Assembly (NCBI GenBank): GCA_964460755.1
Contig: CAYWQL010000003.1
Coordinates: 28,809 to 92,808, forward strand
Length of the DNA: 64,000 nucleotides
Origin: an uncultured Oscillospiraceae bacterium
GTDB lineage: Bacteria; Bacillota; Clostridia; Oscillospirales; Ruminococcaceae
Direction: 5' to 3'
Position 1 is the stretch's first letter. Each line of letters begins with the position of its first letter. The notes under the pieces are model-generated. The model saw nothing but the letters and a program-made list of their open reading frames with translations. It did not search any database and was not told the origin of the DNA. Of the stretch, positions 47,388 through 54,454 are shown piece after piece. Position numbers and translations under genes: made by a program.

Positions 47388-49289
47388 ATGGACGCTAAAA
47401 TTGCGGTTTTTCTATCCTATTGGTCTGAAGAACAATCACGTTATTTCTTGGAGGGCGCCAAAAAGCGCATTTCCGAGGGTGGTATTCATCTGTCCATTTT
47501 CAGCAGCTTCGGATATATTCACGGCGGAAAGCCTGTTAACATCGGAGAAAATAATATATTCAGCCTTCCTGACCTGTCGACCTTTGACGGCGTCGTCATA
47601 GTATCGAACACCATTTATGACAAGGAGCTTCTGCAGCAGCTTTTTGAGAACGTAAAGGAAAAAAATCTTCCCGTTATCTCGTCCGATTACGACCTTGGGG
47701 ACCCATATTGTTACTTTGCGGGCGTGGACAACCGAGACGGAATTTCTCAGATGATGGAGCATCTTATATCCGAGCACAACTGCAAAACCTTTCACTTTGT
47801 TTCGGGTCCTGCCAACGACGCGGAAAATATCGAGCGCCTGCGCGGATTTAAGGAAAGCCTTGAGCGTCACAATCTTCCCTTCGACAAAAACAATGTCTTC
47901 GCGGGCATGTACCAGCTTTCCGACGGAATTGAGGCGGCTCAAAGGTATTTAAGCGGCGAGTGCCCCCTTCCCGACGCGATAGTCTGCGCTAACGACCTTA
48001 TGGCGTCGGGCGTGTGCGACGAGTTTTATACCCACGGCATACGCGTGCCAGAGGACGTCATAGTTACGGGCTTCGACAGCGACGAGCGTGTAAAGCACTA
48101 TCGTCTAAAAATAACGACGGTTGACCGCCCGAAATCCGACCTTGGATACACCTGTCTTGATGAAATGTGCAAAATAATCTCCGGCGAAAGCGTCAAGAAA
48201 AAACAATTTTTCAAAGGACGTCTTTTGCTTTCCGAAAGCTGCGGCTGCAACCTCGAAACATATCAGAGCAATGACGACTATGTCCGAAGCATATACAAAA
48301 CCAACGTTACGGGAAGCCACAACTTCGTCATAACCAAGGAGGTCAACGAAGACCTTCTTACCTGCGAGGATTTTCCGTCGCTTTTGTCGTCGCTTAACGC
48401 TTTTGCAAGAGCCTATTTCGACTATACTCCCCTTTTGGTCATTGACGACGGATATTTTCGCTCCCTATCAACCTCGAATGAGGACAAGCGTATGGTCGAC
48501 GGCTATTCGGAAAAGTCACACCTGTTCTATTTTGAACCCGGCTCGACCTCTCCGTCGCGAATAACCTTCACGACAAAGGAGCTTATTCCAAGGGAGTTTA
48601 AATCTCAAATAGAAAACCCTCTTAACATTTTTTATCCCCTTCACTTTCAGGATAAATGTATCGGCTACATAGTCGTTGACGGAACCCGTCAGGCATTCAG
48701 CGACCTTCAGCGAATTTCCTTCCTGTCGTCGCTTAACGTCGTATTTGAGCATATTCTTCAGCGCATTACCCTTGAGAATTACAACCGTAAATTCCAAACC
48801 CTTGCGCTTATGGACTCCTTCACAGGGCTGTTTAACCGTCTTGGCTTCAAGGAATACGGTAACAAGCTTTTCAACGAATGCCGTAAAAACAAAAAGCACT
48901 TCCTTGTGCTCTTCGTTGATATCGACGGACTAAAATGGATAAACGACAATCTCGGACACGAGTTTGGCGACATCGCGATAAAAAAGATTAGCCAGAATCT
49001 TGTTATGTGCTGTCCGACAGACAATATAGCCATTCGCTTCGGCGGCGATGAATTTCTTATTCTCGGACCGTGCGACGGTGAGAAGGACGCGGAGGCGATT
49101 AAGTCTAATTTGATTAAACGCCTTAATGACATTAACGAGCGCAACGAGCTTGGCTTTTTGCTTTCGGTAAGCGTGGGATACCGCATATGCTCGCCCGACG
49201 AAAATATGACGCTCAACGATTGTGTCAACATCGCGGACAAGGAAATGTACGCCCTTAAGCAGCAGAAAAAAGCACAGCGCACAACATAA
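47388..49289 (+). CDS. cytoplasmic LacI-type (PBP1) ligand-binding domain / unknown middle domain / GGDEF diguanylate cyclase
   Basis: No HTH and no signal peptide. Sugar-binding core motifs FVSGPANDAENIERLRGF and DAIVCANDLMASGV. The C-terminus carries DSFTGLFNR, FVDIDGLKWINDNLGH and RFGGDEF, an intact A-site. Confidence 0.8.
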   Translation: MDAKIAVFLSYWSEEQSRYFLEGAKKRISEGGIHLSIFSSFGYIHGGKPVNIGENNIFSLPDLSTFDGVVIVSNTIYDKELLQQLFENVKEKNLPVISSDYDLGDPYCYFAGVDNRDGISQMMEHLISEHNCKTFHFVSGPANDAENIERLRGFKESLERHNLPFDKNNVFAGMYQLSDGIEAAQRYLSGECPLPDAIVCANDLMASGVCDEFYTHGIRVPEDVIVTGFDSDERVKHYRLKITTVDRPKSDLGYTCLDEMCKIISGESVKKKQFFKGRLLLSESCGCNLETYQSNDDYVRSIYKTNVTGSHNFVITKEVNEDLLTCEDFPSLLSSLNAFARAYFDYTPLLVIDDGYFRSLSTSNEDKRMVDGYSEKSHLFYFEPGSTSPSRITFTTKELIPREFKSQIENPLNIFYPLHFQDKCIGYIVVDGTRQAFSDLQRISFLSSLNVVFEHILQRITLENYNRKFQTLALMDSFTGLFNRLGFKEYGNKLFNECRKNKKHFLVLFVDIDGLKWINDNLGHEFGDIAIKKISQNLVMCCPTDNIAIRFGGDEFLILGPCDGEKDAEAIKSNLIKRLNDINERNELGFLLSVSVGYRICSPDENMTLNDCVNIADKEMYALKQQKKAQRTT

Positions 49290-49299
49290 TAACATAACA

Positions 49300-49337
49300 A
49301 AACGGCGCAGTGGATAATCCACCGCGCCGTTATTTTT
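49300..49337. terminator. intrinsic terminator shared by convergent c-di-GMP genes
   Basis: ACGGCGCAGTGGA-TAA-TCCACCGCGCCGT hairpin followed by TATTTTT. Confidence 0.8.
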
Positions 49338-49341
49338 CTGC

Positions 49342-52300
49342 CTATTCCAATAGCTTGATGTAATCCTCCGTCGGCATCGGCTTCGCGAAGAGATAACCCT
49401 GCGCTATATCACAGCCTATGCGTTTGAGGTAATCCGCCTGCTCCCGCGTCTCGACGCCCTCGGCGACGACCTTCAGCTTGAGCTCCTTTGACATTTGGAT
49501 AACAGCGTTTAGGATGCTTGCCTTTCTTTCCTCCGCCCCGCCCGAAAGGAACTTCATATCAAGCTTAACGACGTCAAAATTAACGTCCTTTAAAACGTTC
49601 AGCGACGAATATCCGCTTCCGAAATCGTCCATTTCGACCGTAAAGCCCTTCTCTCTGAGAATATTAACCGTGTCGATAATAAGCTTCGGGCTGTCGGCAT
49701 AAGCGGACTCGGTGATTTCAAGCCGAAGCATTTCAATGGGGATTTCGTATTTGCCGACGTAGTATAGCAGCACCGAGCAGACGTCGACGTTGCTTATGTC
49801 ATATTGCGATATATTCACCGAAATCGGAACGACCCTTTTTCCCTCGTTCAGCCAAGTGCGAAGCTGTTTGCAGACAGCCTCCCAAAGGTACATATCGAGC
49901 TTGACGACAAATCCGTTTTTCTCGAATATCGGGATGAACACGCCCGGCGAAATCATTCCGTGCTCCGGGCTTATCCACCGCGCGAGAGCCTCGGCGCCGA
50001 CTATGGCTTCGTCCTCTAAGCTAAACTGCGGCTGGAGAAAGAACTTGAACTCACCGCCCGCGAGAGCGTCCACCATTATGCGCGTAACTTTTTGTTCTTC
50101 TACAAGCTTTTTTCTGACTTCCTCGTCGTAGTAAGCATAGATGTTATGGTAATTTCCCTTAACCTTCTTTTGCACTATAACCGCGCGGTCAATCATAACG
50201 TCGGGCGAAAGCTCCTTGTCCTCGACAATAAAAAGTCCGAAGCTCGACGAAATCATATTGTCAAATCGCTCGTCCTTTTTGGCGTCTTCATAGGTTTTAA
50301 TCAGCCCTTTAACTTTGTTGTCAGAATATTTCATACATATGACGAACCTGTCGGCGTTTATCCTCGCGCATATGCCGTCCTCACCTACGTAATCCCTTAT
50401 TAATGACGCCACAAACTTAAGCACCTCGGTGCCCTTTTCGTATCCGTAAAGGTCATTAATAAACTTAAAGTGGTCAATGTCGAAATAAACGATAACAAGA
50501 CTGTTGGGTTCGGCCTTTTCGATAAGCGCGCGGGCGTGCTTTAAGAAACCGTTTCGATTATAAAGCCCCGTTGTCACGTCATATTCCGCCATATATTTGA
50601 GCTCGTTATTGGAGATAACCTCCTCGTGAACGTCGTTGAAGGTAAGAAGAATTTTTCTCGTGTTCTGCTCGTTGTCAAGGGTCTTTGCCACCGCCATACG
50701 GAACCACCTGCGCTCGCCGTTAACCGTGACGAGAAGAACGTCGATATGTCCGCCCATTTGCGAGTAATGCCGACCCACGTCATTTACAAGGCCTTCCATT
50801 CGCTTAATATCCTTCGCGTCTGCGACCCCATCCTCCTCAAGGATTTTCCATAGTGACCGTTCGTTATAGTCGCCCTTAAGCCGCTCGCGCACAAGAGAAT
50901 CGTAAACAAAAACGTTGTTCGCCCAGTCGTACTCGAATACAATCGTGCCCGTGCTCACAAGAACATTGCGATAGCGGTTCTCCTCATCGCTTTGAAGGGT
51001 AAGATAGCTGTTTTGGACCCTCACCTTTTCGTTCTCGCTTCGCACTATGGAGTTCTTAACCTTTGCCCTGATAATATCGGGGTTAATCGGCTTTTTGGCA
51101 AAGTCAATCGCGCCGTTGTTAATAGCCAGCGCGCTGAACTCGGTCTCCTCGCGCGCGCTTATTACAATAACAGGTATAGTTGAAAGCTCGGCGTTTTCGG
51201 ACATACGCTTGAGCACATCGAGCCCATTGACGCCGCTCATCATAAGGTCGAGAATAATAATTGAAATTCCGCTTGCGCGCCGCTCGATGAGCTGCAGCGC
51301 GACAGCTCCCGTCGAAGCAAGAAGGATTTCGAAATCCTCCTTAAACATTTCGCTTAATATCTCGCGCGCAACGTCCGAATCGTCTACGATAAGCATTGTT
51401 CTCTTGTGGGGGAGGGTATGCCGACTTTGCGCCGAGTCACGACCGACTATTGTCTGCGCCGCCTCGATTTTTTCATCCACGGACGTTTCGTCCATTTCGG
51501 GCAGATAATAATCGGTCTTTGTCTCGCTTTTGACGGCGAACCGAGAAGCGAGCTCAGCGTGCTTACAAAGCAATTCAACGCTGTCGCCGTCCTCCGGGCA
51601 AAGCGCGACGCCTACGCTGACGAGCGTGTAAAGCTCGTCGGTAACCGGCCTTGTGGCAGCCTCGACAATACGCGAAACCCTTTTACCTATTTCCGCCCTG
51701 AAATCAAAATTCCTAAGAATAACACAGAACTCGTTGACGCCCACCCGTCCGACAAGGTCGTCCGCTTGGATAACGGTTTTGACCCTCGTCACAAGCTCCT
51801 TGAGCACCTCTCCGCCCCTAAAGTCACCAACCCGCTCAATAATTTCTTCAAGGTTGTTTACGCGAATAAAGCAAAATGCGTGCTGGTTGTTTTTTCCGTT
51901 TAAGCGAAGAATATCCTCCGCCCTTTCAAGGAAAGCCGCTCGGCTTAGAGCCCTTGAAATCGGGTCTTCGGCGGCGCGCTCCCTTAACGCAAGCTCGGTC
52001 TTTTTCGCTTCGTCGATATCCTCATACAACATATATGCGATTATATCGCCCGATTTCGGATACATAACAAGCGAAACCACAAGACGAAGCCAGCGATATT
52101 TACCCTTATCATCAATACCGATAAAGTCAATATGCTGTTCCTTCGTCCCCTCATAATACAACGCCAAGAGCGCCTCTCGGCTTATAAGACGCTTATAATT
52201 CTCACGGTGGTCGGCTTGAACCGTCTGCTCTAAAAATGCTTCAACGCACGCGTTAAAGGTCTTCTTCGGGCTTCCGAGCCGAAGATACTTAAGCCTTCCC

Positions 52301-53163
52301 ACGACGTTTTTCATCTCGTCCTTGGAAAGGTTATATTCAAAGAGCATAACGTTGTCGCCGTCTAAATCCTTGAGCTTTTTTTGCCACTTGTTGTAATCAA
52401 GCGCTTTTTCCTGCTCGTCGGAGATATCAGAATAGGATATAATCGCGCGAATCGGCTTTTTATCCTTGTCAAACACCGTCGTTGAGCTCCATTTGTACCA
52501 CTTGTATTGCTCAGAGCCTAATGCTCGCATATAAATTATCGCCGTAATCGGTGATTTTCCGCTTTTCACGCTTTCGCAGAACTCAAGAAATTGCTTCTTG
52601 GATTCATCTTTAAACAAATTGAGGTTAATAACGCTTGTTGGTATATCTGTAATTTCGTCGGGAAGCTTTTCGCCGCTCGCCTGACGACTGTCGAAATGCA
52701 CGGAATTGGTTTCGTAATCGTAACTCAAAACCGTCTTTCCGCTCTGCTGAACGGCGATGCGATATTCCTCCTCGTGCGTAGCAATGACGCGTGATTCGGC
52801 GGCAAGTATACGCCTTATACTGCGCTCGCGTCCTAAAATCAAGTATGCACAAAGGGTTTCAATCGCAATAATTGCTACGATTAACAGAACGCTCTGTTTT
52901 AACGCCGCCGCCGACTGCTCGCCTATGGCGTCAATGGGGGTAGCGGTGAAAACGAACCAGTCATTAATGCCAAGCGGCTTATAGACCGCATAGCGCCCGT
53001 TTCCTTCATGCGAGTATTTGACCGTCCCCGCTTTATTTGCAAGAAGGTTCTCGCGAAGGCTCATATAAGCGGGAACACTCGAGTCGTTTTCGTTCATAAA
53101 GGAAAGAACAAAAATATTCTTTATATCTGAAAATCCTCGACCCGACACCCCCGAAACAATCAT
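49342..53163 (-). CDS. major ORF of the interrupted gene: Cache C-terminal part / TM / PAS / degenerate GGDEF / REC / PAS / degenerate GGDEF / EAL
   Basis: 1273-aa ORF as listed in the track. The GGDEF sites read RVGVNEF and RINADRF. REC carries DD, the ILDLMM Asp and AKKP. EAL motifs GAEALARW, ISVNIS, LEITES, DDFGSGYSS, VAEGVETREQ and AQGYLF are all intact. No SD precedes ATG 53163. Confidence 0.6.
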   Translation of the reverse strand: MIVSGVSGRGFSDIKNIFVLSFMNENDSSVPAYMSLRENLLANKAGTVKYSHEGNGRYAVYKPLGINDWFVFTATPIDAIGEQSAAALKQSVLLIVAIIAIETLCAYLILGRERSIRRILAAESRVIATHEEEYRIAVQQSGKTVLSYDYETNSVHFDSRQASGEKLPDEITDIPTSVINLNLFKDESKKQFLEFCESVKSGKSPITAIIYMRALGSEQYKWYKWSSTTVFDKDKKPIRAIISYSDISDEQEKALDYNKWQKKLKDLDGDNVMLFEYNLSKDEMKNVVGRLKYLRLGSPKKTFNACVEAFLEQTVQADHRENYKRLISREALLALYYEGTKEQHIDFIGIDDKGKYRWLRLVVSLVMYPKSGDIIAYMLYEDIDEAKKTELALRERAAEDPISRALSRAAFLERAEDILRLNGKNNQHAFCFIRVNNLEEIIERVGDFRGGEVLKELVTRVKTVIQADDLVGRVGVNEFCVILRNFDFRAEIGKRVSRIVEAATRPVTDELYTLVSVGVALCPEDGDSVELLCKHAELASRFAVKSETKTDYYLPEMDETSVDEKIEAAQTIVGRDSAQSRHTLPHKRTMLIVDDSDVAREILSEMFKEDFEILLASTGAVALQLIERRASGISIIILDLMMSGVNGLDVLKRMSENAELSTIPVIVISAREETEFSALAINNGAIDFAKKPINPDIIRAKVKNSIVRSENEKVRVQNSYLTLQSDEENRYRNVLVSTGTIVFEYDWANNVFVYDSLVRERLKGDYNERSLWKILEEDGVADAKDIKRMEGLVNDVGRHYSQMGGHIDVLLVTVNGERRWFRMAVAKTLDNEQNTRKILLTFNDVHEEVISNNELKYMAEYDVTTGLYNRNGFLKHARALIEKAEPNSLVIVYFDIDHFKFINDLYGYEKGTEVLKFVASLIRDYVGEDGICARINADRFVICMKYSDNKVKGLIKTYEDAKKDERFDNMISSSFGLFIVEDKELSPDVMIDRAVIVQKKVKGNYHNIYAYYDEEVRKKLVEEQKVTRIMVDALAGGEFKFFLQPQFSLEDEAIVGAEALARWISPEHGMISPGVFIPIFEKNGFVVKLDMYLWEAVCKQLRTWLNEGKRVVPISVNISQYDISNVDVCSVLLYYVGKYEIPIEMLRLEITESAYADSPKLIIDTVNILREKGFTVEMDDFGSGYSSLNVLKDVNFDVVKLDMKFLSGGAEERKASILNAVIQMSKELKLKVVAEGVETREQADYLKRIGCDIAQGYLFAKPMPTEDYIKLLE

Positions 53164-53421
53164 CTGACCGTCGGAGTTGCAGATAAACGAATACCCCGTG
53201 CTGTTATAAAGGTCGGTTAAAATAATTTCCTTGAAATCCTCTTCGTGATACTGCGCGAAAAGCGCAGCAATTACCTTGCCGTTTTTCAGTATTGGTACGC
53301 CGATAATAAACTGACCCTTTTCGCCGTCGTGGTTTCCGTCAATTTTGTCGATTACTCTTTTGCCGTTAATGGCGTCGTAGAAAAACCGCTCGTGCGAATA
53401 GTCGGCGGTAGCGCCGTTGTT

Positions 53422-53787
53422 TTAATATGCCGTTCCGCCGGGAAACGCGACCGACATATTGTAAAAGGTCGATTTTTCCACGATAGCCGACATCCTTACT
53501 TCGAACGCCTTTAAATTCTCGGGGTCTTCGACGTCAACGATTTCATTCTGCGCCGAAAGAGCGTTCGAAAAGGTTTCAAGAAGCGTGTACTGCGCCTTGA
53601 CCTCGGTGTTAATGATAACTGCCTGTGCCTGGGCAAAGTCACTGAGTGTGTTCTGAGCACTTTGCCGCTCATTGTGCACCGACTGATGAAAATTGACAAC
53701 GAGAAGCAACACGACGACAAGCATCAAAACCAACGCCGCAGAAAGGATGGAAATATTTTTTCTCTCTTTTTTTCTTTTTGTTATCAT
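53422..53787 (-). CDS. N-terminal fragment of the interrupted gene: TM1 plus the first part of the Cache sensor domain
   Basis: ATG 53787 follows GGGAAGCGGGGG. TM segment ISILSAALVLMLVVVLLLVV. The fragment ends at TAA 53424-53422, in frame with the downstream ORF. Confidence 0.5.
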   Translation of the reverse strand: MITKRKKERKNISILSAALVLMLVVVLLLVVNFHQSVHNERQSAQNTLSDFAQAQAVIINTEVKAQYTLLETFSNALSAQNEIVDVEDPENLKAFEVRMSAIVEKSTFYNMSVAFPGGTAY

Positions 53788-53858
53788 TCGTTTGCCCCCG
53801 CTTCCCACTCAAATAGAAAAAACAAGGCTCATTGTGTATCGATATGTGTTTTAGTTTA

Positions 53859-54203
53859 TTATACGCCTATCTTTTGTATTTCGTCACAAATCTTTTTGTG
53901 CTCCTGCTCGATAGTTTCGAATATCGCGGGCAAACTCGAATACTCCCCGCTTCGATAGGCTTTCGTGAATCGGCTGCACGCCTCATAGACGCCCGTAATG
54001 CTCAGGTTCCCCGATTCGCCCTTCATCGAGTGTATTTGTTCGAACGCTTGAGCGTAATCCTCGTTTTCCATCGCGCTCTTTGCGTTCCGGCAGGCGGTCT
54101 CGTCAAGATATCGAATCAGAAACTTTTCATAAAGCTCCGCATTCCCCGAAAATCTTTCAATAGCCTCCGCATAATTTATTCCGCTTATGTCCTCAATCTC
54201 CAT
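53859..54203 (-). CDS. stand-alone histidine phosphotransfer (Hpt) protein
   Basis: ATG 54203 follows AGGAGTG. 114 aa. Contains the Hpt motif QIHSMKGESGNLS. Confidence 0.75.
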   Translation of the reverse strand: MEIEDISGINYAEAIERFSGNAELYEKFLIRYLDETACRNAKSAMENEDYAQAFEQIHSMKGESGNLSITGVYEACSRFTKAYRSGEYSSLPAIFETIEQEHKKICDEIQKIGV

Positions 54204-54356
54204 AACTGTTTTCACTCCTGTTGTCCGTAGTGGATGTAATAATGTCAACATTCATTATCAGTATAAGATACCTATAAATTGTTTATACCCCAAAATTCTT
54301 TGTTTTTCAAGTTATTTTGACAAAATATTATTTTTTTAACATATTTATGCAAATAT

Positions 54357-54366
54357 CCCCCCCCCC
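54357..54366. repeat. homopolymeric C10 (G10 on the coding strand of the Hpt operon)
   Basis: Read directly from the sequence as ATATCCCCCCCCCCGTTA. Intergenic, lying 4 nt upstream of a candidate -35 element (TTGCAT, 54352-54347). Confidence 0.95.
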
Positions 54367-54411
54367 GTTATATTGCACAATTTTGTGTGATTTTTTTAGT
54401 TATTTCGTGCA

Positions 54412-54451
54412 CAAAAATAATGCGCCGAAGTTTTCTTTCCTTCGACGCATT
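54412..54451 (-). terminator. intrinsic terminator after the GH94 gene
   Basis: On the minus strand: AATGCGTCGAAG-loop-CTTCGGCGCATT (one mismatch) followed by ATTTTTG. Confidence 0.65.
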
Positions 54452-54454
54452 TCG

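Larger units (their letters stand above)
49342..53787 (-). pseudogene. about 1480-codon Cache-sensor REC/EAL phosphodiesterase gene carrying a single in-frame TAA (alternative reading of the two fragments above)
   Basis: Both ORFs share one frame. The 258 nt between them contain no stop and encode the contiguous middle of the Cache domain. Confidence 0.6.

Noticed and set aside
53422-53424. Programmed recoding (selenocysteine or pyrrolysine) at the in-frame stop of the Cache/EAL gene.
   Set aside because: The codon is TAA, not TGA or TAG, and I saw no SECIS-like hairpin. A nonsense mutation or a sequencing error is more parsimonious.
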